NCBI GenBank assembly: GCA_963777605.1
Contig: CAVZRV010000011.1
Span: 352,001 to 416,000 of the forward strand
DNA from: an uncultured Acidobacteriota bacterium
GTDB lineage: Bacteria > Acidobacteriota > UBA6911 > RPQK01 > JAPXNP01
Direction of reading: 5' to 3'
DNA: 64,000 nucleotides
A model generated the notes under the pieces. It saw only the letters and a program-made list of their open reading frames with translations, was not told the origin of the DNA and did not search any database. This document shows, piece after piece, positions 21,876-31,877 of this stretch. Position numbers and translations under genes: made by a program. The stretch's first letter is position 1; every line of letters starts with the position of its first letter.

Positions 21876-22435
21876 ATGGAAACCGCAACCAATATGCCAC
21901 CGAATAGTGGACCCGAGTCGGCGCCGTCCAAGTACCAGTCGTACCCGTACAGCCAGCTCAGGTCACTCAGGACAGTCGTCGCAAGTCGCCAATTCTCGCC
22001 GGTCTGTTGTCCCTTCTGCCCGGACTTGGCCAGGTGTACGTGGGCTTTTACCAGCAGGGGTTCATCAACCTCCTGGTCATTGGAGCGACCGTGTCGCTGC
22101 TTGCCTCCGGGCTCGGGCCCCTGACACCACTGGGCGGCTTTTTTGTAGCTTTCTACTGGCTTTTTAACATCATCGACGCCTCGCGGAGGGCCCTCTTCTA
22201 CAACGAGGCCCTGATCGGCCTTGACCAGGTCGAACTGCCAGAGGAAATGAAACTGCCCAGTGGGCAAGGGACGCTCCTGGGAGGGATCCTGCTGGTTTGC
22301 CTGGGTGGGATAGCCCTTTCTCAAACGGTCTTCGGATACAGTCTCGACTGGCTCGAAGACTGGTGGCCGGCCGGCCTCATCATCGTCGGACTGGTGCTGA
22401 TCGGTCAATCGGCTTACCAGAAGTACTACCAGTAG
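21876..22435 (+). CDS. Multi-pass membrane protein (TM2-like N-terminal part plus LiaI/LiaF/DUF5668-like C-terminal part), apparent -1 frameshift at ~21925
   Basis: GGAGG RBS before ATG 21876. Second frame reads DSRRKSPILAGLLSLLPGLGQVYVG ... GGILLVCLG ... WWPAGLIIVG and has no good start of its own. Confidence 0.7.
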
Positions 22436-22462
22436 CTTCCCGGAATTCGGTTACCACGTGAC

Positions 22463-22493
22463 AAGCAGGGGCCGGCCAAGCCCGCCCCTGCTT
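22463..22493 (+). terminator. Hairpin after the ECF-target membrane gene
   Basis: AAGCAGGGGC...GCCCCTGCTT inverted repeat 27 nt after the stop codon. Confidence 0.5.
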
Positions 22494-22696
22494 CCGATCC
22501 CACCGCCCCGATCTCCTGGCTCAAACTTGACCAGCCACCAACCCGCAGCTTCCCCTCTCTCGCTTCCGCCGAGAAATGAACCTTTATCCCCGGATCGTAT
22601 CTATTGCTCTGAAAGGTAATGGACGATCATTGTTTTGACGCAACATTATCGATCCATTCTCGGGGGTTTTCCGTTAGAATTGGGGTCCATCCAGGC

Positions 22697-25600
22697 ATGG
22701 CAGAATCAAAACACGAGCGGTCTTCGAGTTTCCATTCCTTCCAACGGCACTCCTCCCGCAACCTGATCGTGCTCCTTCTGATCACGATTTTCGCGATGGC
22801 TCAGGCTCTTCCGGGGCAGAGCTCTGTGGTTTCGGGCAGCGAGGATGTCTACCTCATCCAGCTCAGGGAACCCCCGACGGCCGAGTTGCTGACCGAGGCA
22901 TCCTATGACTTCCGTCGCCTGTCAGGCCGTGCCTCGGAAGATCCCCAAGTCCAGGGTTTTCGCCAGAGAGTGCGCGAGAGCCAGCGCCGATTCCTGGAAC
23001 GAGTCGCAGGTGCCTCGTTTCGGGAGGTGCTCGACAGTTGCACGTTCCTGATCAATGGCGTCTTTGTCCGCGCAACCGCTCAGGGAATCGGGAACCTGCG
23101 CGACGATCCCGACGTTCGAAGGATCTATCGCAGTGCCCCCCGCTACCCGCTCCTGGATGCCGCCGCCGAGATGATCGGGGCCCCGGACGCCTGGGCACGG
23201 CTGGGTGGGATCGAAAAGGCCGGGGAAGGCGTTCGGATCGGGATCATCGACTCCGGCATCAACCAGGAGCACGCCATGTTTCGCCCTGACGGCATGGTCA
23301 TGCCGAGGGGTTACCCGCCAAAGGGACACCTGGAAGATATCGAAACTTACACGACCAATAAGGTCATCGTCGCGCGCAGTTTCTGGAAATACTTCACCCA
23401 GCCGCCGACAAAGCCGGAGGACAAGACCCCGGAGGATCAACTGGGACACGGCAGCCGGGTCGCCAGCATCGCCGCCGGCCGGGTGACGGTCGCCCCGCTG
23501 GCGACCATCCAGGGGATTGCCCCCATGGCCTACCTCGGCAATTACAAGGTTTTCGGAGCCGGGGTCAACTCCACCACAACGTCGAATGCCATCGTGAAAG
23601 CGATCGACCAGGCGGCAGCTGACGGAATGCAGGTGATCAATCTCAGCCTCGGAGGCCCCCGTATCGATCCCGAGGGAGACCCTGAGCAGGAGGCCATCGC
23701 CAATGCCGTGAAACTGGGGATCGTAGTGGTCGTGGCGGCCGGCAACGAAGGCCCCGATCCCGAATCCCTGACCTCGCCGGGGACGAGTCCCGACGCGGTT
23801 ACGGTTGGAGCAGTCTCCAACGACAGAATCTTTGCCCCGGGAATCACGGTTTCCGGATCCGGTCCGGTTCAGGTCCCTGATTCCCTGAAGTCGATTCCCT
23901 ATACTGTGGGCGAGGGGATCACTATCCCGAGTGGTCTCGGACCTTACCCGGTTACGACTCTGGCGGGGCTGGACCCACAGGATGAAGCCTGCACCGCGCT
24001 TCCTTCCGCTTCGCTGAACGGGAAGATCGCCCTCGTGAAGCGTGGCAACTGCTACTTCCAGGTCAAGGCCGACAACGTCTTTGCGGCCGGTGCGGTGGCC
24101 TTGATTGTTTACAACAACGAAGGTTCCGGCACAATTACGATGGCCTTCGACAACACTCCGCCCCGTCCGGCTGTCATGATCGAAATGAGCTCAGGTGAAG
24201 CCCTGCACGATCTCGTCGGTACTTCGCCAGCCCAGTCGGTTCAGGCCACGATCCGGAACGCCGGTAATCTGCTTGCGTTCCCTGCAACCGGGGATGAATT
24301 GGCCTCCTTCAGTGGCCGGGGCCCGGGCTTCAACGAGGCCATCAAACCTGACCTGGTGGCCATTGGGACTCGCCTCTACACGGCATCCAACGTCACCGGG
24401 CAGTTCGCGACCGATGCCAGTGGCACCAGCTTTTCTTCTCCCATGGTTGCGGGCGCGGCCGCCCTGCTGCGCCAGCTGCACCCGAACTGGTCTTCGGAGG
24501 CGATCAAGTCGGCCCTGGTCAACACGGCGGTCAAGACCCCTACGGTTGACGGCAATACTCCAAACGCCATGCAGATCGGCAACGGGCGTCTGGACCTGGG
24601 CCTCGCCTCCCAGACGACTTCGGTACTCGACCCGGTCAGCCTCAGCTTCGGGAGTTCCAGTCCTGACTCCCGGCTCCACGCAAATGTCGATCACTCTCAG
24701 CAACCTCTGGTCCGGTGAGCACCAGTACACGCTGGGTTACAGACCCATGAGCGAGAACCCCTCGGTTCACATTTCGGTCTCGCCTTCGACTGTCACCGTT
24801 CCGGGCGGGCAGTCGGCCCAGATCCAGGTGACCGCGACCTTTACCACTCCTCTTGTGGGCGGAGGTTTCGAAGGTTACCTGACGGTCAACGACAAACTGG
24901 CATCCCCGGAGGTCACTGCACCGATCTGGGGAGCGGTTCTTCTCGAGAACCCTGAAATCACGCTGCTGGTTTCGCAACAAACGTCAGGGGCCTACCAGAG
25001 CCTCGAGGAGGCGCTTCAGGCAGCCGCCCCCGGGAACGTGATCGAATTTGACGACAGTTCCGTCTACCCGGTTCAGCTGACGTTGAGCACCAACTCTCAG
25101 GGACTTCCCCTCAATGGCGTGACGATTCGGGCCCGCGAAGGGGCTCATCCCGTGCTCGATGCGACAGGCCTCGATTCCAGTCTGCCGGTCTTGTGGATTC
25201 GGGATGTCGAGCGGTTCACGCTCCAGGGACTGGAACTTCGCGGAGGACATGTCGGTGTCTCCTTCGAGAACGCCTCCGGAGCCGTGAAGGACTGCACCAT
25301 CGAAACGACGGCCGACTCGACTGACGCCTGGGGTGTAGATCTGTGGGAAGGCAGTCGGGTCCACGTCTTTGGAAACACGATCCGGAACACGGCCGGAGCA
25401 GGAGTCTCGGTCGAATCCAGCCAGGCCCTGATCCAGCAGAACCGGATCGGAAACTCCGATTCCAACCTCGCAATCAAGGGACTGGGCATCGATGTCTGGG
25501 CGGCAGAGGAGGTCGGAATCTTCGACAACCTGATCATCGGCGGGGACACCTCGCAGGAACAGCAGGGAATCCGGTTGTACGCCTCCTCTGGAATCGCCAA

Positions 25601-27614
25601 GGGGAACGAAGTGCTCGACTTCGCCGGAACCCAGGGGGACGGGATTCAAGTCACCGGGAACGGCTCTCACCTGGACGCCTTCAATAACCGATTGGCCGGA
25701 AATGAACGGGCGGGGTTGATGCTGGACAGTTCGGCATCCTCCACGACCGTGGGCAACCGGGTTTCAGAGAACGGTTACGCCGGCCTCCTGGTGCTGGACG
25801 GATCGTCTCTCAGCGCCGCGAAAGAAACCGTCACCGACAACGAAAACGGCGTGATCGTGACTAATTCCACCCTGCAACTGTCCGACAGTCTGGTCACTGC
25901 TTCGACCGGAAACGGCGTCAGGGGACTCACTTCGAACATGACCCTCCGCAACAACACGGTCTTTGGGAATGGAGGTCTCGGAGTTTCGTCGGTTTCGCCC
26001 AAATCCAACCTGTTGGTGAACTCAATCGTCGCTTCGAACGCGGGCGGAGATCTGGGCGGCATCTCCTCCTCGGCAACCTCCTACAGCCTCATCGGCGACA
26101 ACGAATTCGCCGGTTCCAACGGGAACAAGGGGGGAAACCCGGGACTCACAAATCCTGCTGCAGGCAATTTCACGCCCCAGGCCGGTTCGGGCGGAGTCGA
26201 TGCCGGCAACAATCAGGAAACCGACGGGTCACAGACCGACCTGCTCGGTCACCTTCGAATCACCGATGGCAACGCCGACGGATCGGGCATGGTGGACATG
26301 GGTGCTATCGAAGCGGACTCTCCCTACGCCCCGCCGTTGGCGGTGCCCCTGCCCGCTCCGTCGAATGACGAATTCGTCGGAGTGGCACTGACGAGCGCAC
26401 GAACTCTGTTCAGTGACAATGACGGCTCTTTCACCCAGGTACAAGTCAACGCTCATCAAGGTTCGAACGGCGTGATGTACGGTTCCCAGATCCTGGATGT
26501 CGATCCCCTCGGTCAGAAGGCGCGACTGGTTTCCGAATTGGTCACCGATCCGCGCCAGGGCTGGCTCGAAGTCCTCTCCGACCAACCCGACCTGGTCGGA
26601 TTCACCCTGACAGGTGACTTCAACCTGACCCGGCTGGACGGAATCGCACTGGCGGACACGCCGTCAAGCAAAATGATTCTCACCGAGGTTCGCGCAAGCG
26701 GCAATGCTCACACCGACCTGTACCTCGTTAATCCCAACAGCGCAGCCGTCAGCGCGACAGTGCGGTGGGTCCGGGCCGGAGGCTCTACCGAGAGTCAGAA
26801 TGCCTCGATCGCCGCCAGGGGGAGCTTTACGGCGAGCATACAGGACCTCTTCGGGTACGGAGAGGGGGGGTACCTGGTCGTCGAAACCCCGGCCGGATTG
26901 CCCATCTACGCGTTCGAACTGTTCGGCACGCCCAACGCCCTCGGAGCCCTCTCGGGCCAGCCCGTTACCGGAGCTGCCAGGACCCTGTTCGGAGCCCAAC
27001 TCGTGGCCAGCCCGGCAATCGCGACGCTGATCAATGTCGTGAACGTTTCCGACACGGAAACGACGGTGAATTTCGATGTCTACCGGGAGAGCGGCGAGAA
27101 GGTGGCAAGCGCCTCCAGGAGTGTGTCGGTCAAGGCCGGGGAGCAACTGAGGCAGGATGCCGGCTCGTTGCTCGGCATCAGCGACCTGGTTGGTTGGCTC
27201 AGAGTCAGTACGGTTTCCTCGGGACTGATCGGCAGTGTTTCCTTTCAAGACCCGGATGGACGCATCCTGGCCGGACTTCCGCTCCAGGCCTCCGGCGTTC
27301 GTGAATCGGTGCTCGGCCACGTTGCCCAGGCCGACCAGGTCTTCACCGGAATCACGGTTCTCAACCCGTCGCTCAGCCCGGCGCTGGTGTCTATTGAAGT
27401 TTTCGACGCTGCGGGGGAACTGGTCGCAACGGCGCTGAAGGAACTGGGAGCCATGGAAAAGAGTGCCCGAATTCTTCCCGAGTGGATTCCCGGGCTCACC
27501 TACCAGGTCGAAGGGTTTATCCGGATCCGGTCAAACCGGCCCGTAGTCGCGTTCGAACTCTTCGGGTCTACGGAATATCTGGCGGCCGTTCCGCAACAGA
27601 CTCTGATTCGTTGA
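22697..27614 (+). CDS. Large secreted S8 (Vpr-like) serine protease, ~1638 aa: I9 prodomain, S8+PA, Fn3-like, right-handed beta-helix and C-terminal beta-sandwich repeats; apparent +1 frameshift at 24650-24652
   Basis: Catalytic GIIDSG, GHGSRVASIAAG, AAGNEG and SGTSFSSP. PA insert LVKRGNC. Removing one G in TTCGGGAGTT joins ...SLSFG to VPVLTPG... Start codon uncertain (22697 or 22796). Confidence 0.85.
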
Positions 27615-27643
27615 ACGGACTCGCGCGCCGCGGTGGAAGAGTC

Positions 27644-27958
27644 TCATCCCAGGGAGTCGAGCAGTGCCTCGATCTCCGATTCGGCCTTGGAGTCACCCTC
27701 TTTCCGGGTGAGATCGAGTCCGCTTCGGAGGACGGTTGACGCCTCCTCTTCCCTTCCCAGGTCGACGAGAAACTGCCCAAACTGGAAATAGGCGGGAACG
27801 TAATCGGGATGCTCTTTGAGGAGCCTCTCAAAATAAACCTCGGCGTCGACGTCCAGCGACTCCTTCCGGTATTCGAGCGCCAGTGCATAAAAAAGGAAGG
27901 GATCGTTCGGTTTTTGGCTGGCAAGTCGCTGCAACTTCTCGATTCTCTGACTGCTCAT
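27644..27958 (-). CDS. Small TPR protein
   Basis: PNDPFLFYALALEY and HPDYVPAYFQFGQ TPR pattern, 104 aa. Confidence 0.75.
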   Translation of the reverse strand: MSSQRIEKLQRLASQKPNDPFLFYALALEYRKESLDVDAEVYFERLLKEHPDYVPAYFQFGQFLVDLGREEEASTVLRSGLDLTRKEGDSKAESEIEALLDSLG

Positions 27959-27967
27959 CGCATTAAC

Positions 27968-28873
27968 CTAACGCTTGGCCCACTTCAGTTTCTCCCTGAG
28001 CACGTCGAAGAAGCACTTGTCGGAGGGGCGCACGAGTTGGACCTTGTCGTCCGATTGAGTGCAGATCACCTCGTCACCCTCTTCGAATTCGACTCCGACC
28101 TGGCCGTCGATTGTCAACATCACGTCGCGCCCTGACCGGAGCAGAAAGCGGACCTCCTCGTTGGGAGGGATAATCAGCGGCCGATTGGTCAGCGTGTGGG
28201 GACAAATCGGAGTGATCAGGATCGACTCGAGAGCCGGGTGAACGATTGGACCACCCGCGGAGAGATTGTATGCCGTGGATCCAGTCGGGGTAGACACAAT
28301 GATGCCGTCGGCCACGAAACTTGCGATGAACTGCTCACCGAAGAATGCGTCCACCGTGATGACCCGGGCAAGAGCCGCCTTGTTGATCACCATGTCGTTG
28401 AGCGCGTGGAACAAGTCACCGTTCGCTGCACCCTTCTTTTTAAGCTCAGCCTGAAGCATGGAACGTTCTTCGAGGCGGAAGTCGCCGTCGATCAACGAGC
28501 GCAAGTCACTGTAGAGACGATCAAGCGTCACTTCCGTCAGGAAACCAAGGCTGCCGAGGTTGACTCCGAGAATCGGGCAGCTATGGCCACGGGTCAGGCG
28601 TGCCACTGACAACAGGGTTCCGTCTCCACCAAAGACGACCACCGCATCTGCCAACTCCGGGATCCGAGTCCGCTCGACACCTTCCAGTTCACTGAGTCCG
28701 AACTTGTCGATCACCGCCTGGTCCACGATGGGACGGCAATCGTTCTGTTCCAGCCAGTTCACAATGTCACGCAGCTCGTCTGCGAAATCCAGCCGGTGGA
28801 GTTTTGCAAACAGTCCAAGCGTTAGTGGCTGGAGGGTGTTCCAGTGCCGACTAACCGCGACATCAGAAGCCAT
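27968..28873 (-). CDS. nadK: NAD(+) kinase
   Basis: FGGDGTLL, GVNLGSLGFL, ALND and DGIIVSTPTGSTAYNLSAGGP. Confidence 0.95.
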   Translation of the reverse strand: MASDVAVSRHWNTLQPLTLGLFAKLHRLDFADELRDIVNWLEQNDCRPIVDQAVIDKFGLSELEGVERTRIPELADAVVVFGGDGTLLSVARLTRGHSCPILGVNLGSLGFLTEVTLDRLYSDLRSLIDGDFRLEERSMLQAELKKKGAANGDLFHALNDMVINKAALARVITVDAFFGEQFIASFVADGIIVSTPTGSTAYNLSAGGPIVHPALESILITPICPHTLTNRPLIIPPNEEVRFLLRSGRDVMLTIDGQVGVEFEEGDEVICTQSDDKVQLVRPSDKCFFDVLREKLKWAKR

Positions 28874-29164
28874 TTACTCACCTTTGAGTCGTGCGAGGTA
28901 TTGATCCCGGCAACGATCCGAACAGAAATAGAGCGTCCCAGCTTCCGATTGTGCCGGGACCGCCAGGTCCTTGTCCACATACATACCGCATTGGGGGTCC
29001 TTGATGGCATTGTGACCAATCGTTCTGATCTCCGGTGGACGCTTCGGCTGATCGGAAGTCCGGTTGGAGCGGGCTGCACCGTGGCCGAAAAACTTCGAGA
29101 TGAACGACCGGACCAGATAGAACAGGGCGAAGAAAATAAGGAACCGGAGAAACCAGAGGATCAT
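28874..29164 (-). CDS. Small membrane-anchored YHS/TRASH domain protein
   Basis: N-terminal TM helix. KDPQCGMYV...LYFCSDRC metal-binding motif. Confidence 0.8.
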   Translation of the reverse strand: MILWFLRFLIFFALFYLVRSFISKFFGHGAARSNRTSDQPKRPPEIRTIGHNAIKDPQCGMYVDKDLAVPAQSEAGTLYFCSDRCRDQYLARLKGE

Positions 29165-29739
29165 TTACTGGTGGCCTGGTTGAGATGCATGCGAGCTGTC
29201 TCGATCTGCTGCCGGACGTCCGCGATATTGGGGTAGTCCGGGTGAACCTCTACCAGGCGCTCCCAAATTTCGATACCTTTTTGATATTCCCCGATGGAAA
29301 AGTAGGCGATGCCCATGTTCTGGAGTGTCTGGCCGTGATCCGGCTCGATTACCAAGGACTTCTGGTACTGTTCGAGAGCGTTGTCGACCTGGCCGGTATA
29401 GAGATACGCGGTCGCGAGGTCTGTGGACACCAGGACATCCGAGGGATCCATCTTCAGTGCGGCCTCGTACACAGGAATCGCGGAGTCGAACTTCCCGATG
29501 TCGTAGAGGGCATTGGCCAACCGGACTTTCGCATCCCGGTTCTCGGGCTCCTGCTGCACCAATTCCGTGAGCTTCTCCACCTGAGCCATCATCTCAGGGC
29601 TCGGATGATTTTCAGGCAACGCACCCTCGACCGCCGGAGGGGCCATGTGAGGCGACTGAAATGCCTGATTGGTAAAGAATCCCAGGATGAAACCGACGAC
29701 GATACCAACTGTCCCTATGACTACTTGTCTACGATTCAC
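29161..29739 (-). CDS. Membrane-anchored TPR protein (LPxxHP motif as in CycH/CcmI-like proteins)
   Basis: Probable GTG start (VNRRQVVIG), TM helix, LPENHP and three to four TPRs. TATGAT -10-like hexamer just upstream. Confidence 0.7.
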   Translation of the reverse strand: MNRRQVVIGTVGIVVGFILGFFTNQAFQSPHMAPPAVEGALPENHPSPEMMAQVEKLTELVQQEPENRDAKVRLANALYDIGKFDSAIPVYEAALKMDPSDVLVSTDLATAYLYTGQVDNALEQYQKSLVIEPDHGQTLQNMGIAYFSIGEYQKGIEIWERLVEVHPDYPNIADVRQQIETARMHLNQATSK

Positions 29740-29838
29740 GGTGGTCGGTATGTTATCATAACGCCCGGTTTCACTGAGCGTTCGGGCTTGGCCCGGAGGA
29801 GTTGAATCGATCGTTGTCACCGGCACTGTTTCCCCCTT

Positions 29839-30600
29839 TTGAGGAAAACGCGGCGACGGGGGCCCGGCGTTGAATTGGTGCTTATGTTTCTTTATCGAGG
29901 CAAGAATATCGGAGGGCGCGGGAAGCTCAGTGACACCTGCCTGCAGATCATTTCTGAAGGTGACGCGGAACTGATCTACGAAATCCTCCCTCACATCAGA
30001 GTCGTCCGGGCGAAAGAGTTTTTCGATCCCCTCGTTCGTCTTCTGAACGATGGCACCTATGCTCAGCGCGCCGCGGCGGCAGCCGCCCTGGGCAGCCTCG
30101 GGTTACCCGACTGCATCGAACCCCTCCGAGAAGCGTTCGGTTCGATTGACCTCTCGAAGAAGCGGGGCGCCCATACTCTTCAGGCCTCAATCGTGACGGC
30201 TCTTGGTGAGATCCCGGTGCCCGTCTCGGTGAAGGTACTCGACGAAATCTCGGGAATTGAGATCGTTGAGGATTCCTTTGCGCTGCGTCGCCCGGCCCTG
30301 ATCGTGGGAGCCCTTGGCCAACTCTCTCAGCAGGAAGTATCCCAGGCCGAAGCCAGCCTGATCCGATTTCTCGCGGATGCCGACCCGGCCATCCGCAGTC
30401 TTGCGGTCACCGAGGTCGCACTGGCTTACTGGCATCGTCCGAACCTGATTTCGGGCACCCTGCTCCAGCAGATTCTGGATCTCACCGGAGACCCGTCGGA
30501 TGAGGTGGCCATCGCCGCCCTGGCAGCACTGAACAGCCTGGCACAACTCGGCTGCCACAAGGCTGAGGTTCTAATCGAGCAAGTTTACGCGGAAGAGTAG
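29839..30600 (+). CDS. HEAT-repeat protein
   Basis: RAAAAAALGSLG, IVTALGEI, DADPAIRSLA and DPSDEVAIAALAAL repeats. Start uncertain. Confidence 0.7.
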   Translation: MRKTRRRGPGVELVLMFLYRGKNIGGRGKLSDTCLQIISEGDAELIYEILPHIRVVRAKEFFDPLVRLLNDGTYAQRAAAAAALGSLGLPDCIEPLREAFGSIDLSKKRGAHTLQASIVTALGEIPVPVSVKVLDEISGIEIVEDSFALRRPALIVGALGQLSQQEVSQAEASLIRFLADADPAIRSLAVTEVALAYWHRPNLISGTLLQQILDLTGDPSDEVAIAALAALNSLAQLGCHKAEVLIEQVYAEE

Positions 30601-30700
30601 ACAGATTCGAGGAGATCTCTTTAAAGAGATCGAGGTGAGAGGCCAGGGCAGGACACCCCTTCTCGAGGCGTCCCACCCTTCGTTACCCGTTGGTCCGTCG

Positions 30701-31730
30701 CTATTTGCCGCCGCCCATCTGTTCGACTAGCGCCTTGGCAACTTCCGCGTTCGGTGAATCAGGTGCCAGTTTCAGGTAGGTATTGAACTCAGCGATCGCT
30801 TCATCGACCTGGCCCATTCCGATCATGCGTAATCCCCAGCTGGTAGTGCGATTCAGCGTGGTTCGGATCCAGTTCAATGGCCTTCTTCAGCGCATCTGCA
30901 GCCTCCTGGTTCTGTCCCGCGTTGATGTAGGTGACGCCCATGTTGTAGTAGTTGATCGCAGCATCGGTCGGGTTCAGTGAAGCCGATAGCGAGGCGGCCT
31001 TGGCATAGAGTTCCCGGGCCTTGTCAGCCTGCCCCATGTTGGCGAGAATCGATGCCTTGTTCTGGTAATAGCCGGCGTTCTCGGGATCGATTGCAATCGC
31101 CTTGTCGTAGGCATCTGCCGCCTTCTGATTCTCGTTCAGCTTGGCATACGCAGCGGCCAGGTTGGCCCAGACGACAGCCTGTGTCTGATCCGTCTGCAGG
31201 ACCTTCTCGAACGCCGAGACAGCCTGCTCGTACTGGCCTCCGTTGAACAGCGCCACGCCCTGGTCGAAGTCGCCCTTGATGGCCTCCAGCTTTTCATTCT
31301 GCTTGATGGCCTCCTCGCGCTGCTGCTTCAATGCCTCGCGCTGTTCATCAGTCATCTCGAAATCGAGCGTCCCAGCATTCCCCTTGGCCATCTGGAAATC
31401 GACCATTCCTCGCTCGTCCGAAGTGCTTGCACCGGGCTTGATGCCCTCCCTGTAGGTGGACTGGTAGCCCTTCTTCTCGGCGATCACCCGATAGCGGCCC
31501 TGGATCGCAACACCCGCGTGGATGTAGTGGCCCTTTTTATCGGTCTTCAGTTTGTACTTTCGAGGGTTGTCCATGCCCTCAATTCGAATTATCACATCCT
31601 TGATGGGCTCCCCCTGCTGATCGACCACGGTGCCAGACACAACCCCCATCTGAGCAAAGGCCGACGTGGAGGGCCAAACGAGGGTGAGGACAACTACAAC
31701 AAAAAGAGCGCTAGAAATTCTCATTCTCAT
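30701..31730 (-). CDS. Secreted carboxypeptidase-regulatory-like domain + TPR protein, apparent +1 frameshift at ~30827
   Basis: AAGGAG RBS, signal peptide, SGTVVDQQGEPI...KTDKKGHY and TPRs. Removing one base restores the final TPR (GITMIGMGQVDEAIAEFNTYLKLAPDSPNA...GGGK*). Confidence 0.8.
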
Positions 31731-31877
31731 ACGGCTAACTCCTTGAATCGGTGCCATGGAGAAAAATTGGTGGGGAAGTAACAGTAGACATCCCGGATAA
31801 ACCGAATCGACATCGCGCCAGACCCCTCAGCAATCATCGTCTCATCTTGCCGCATCCTCCGACATTCTCCCGAAGGA

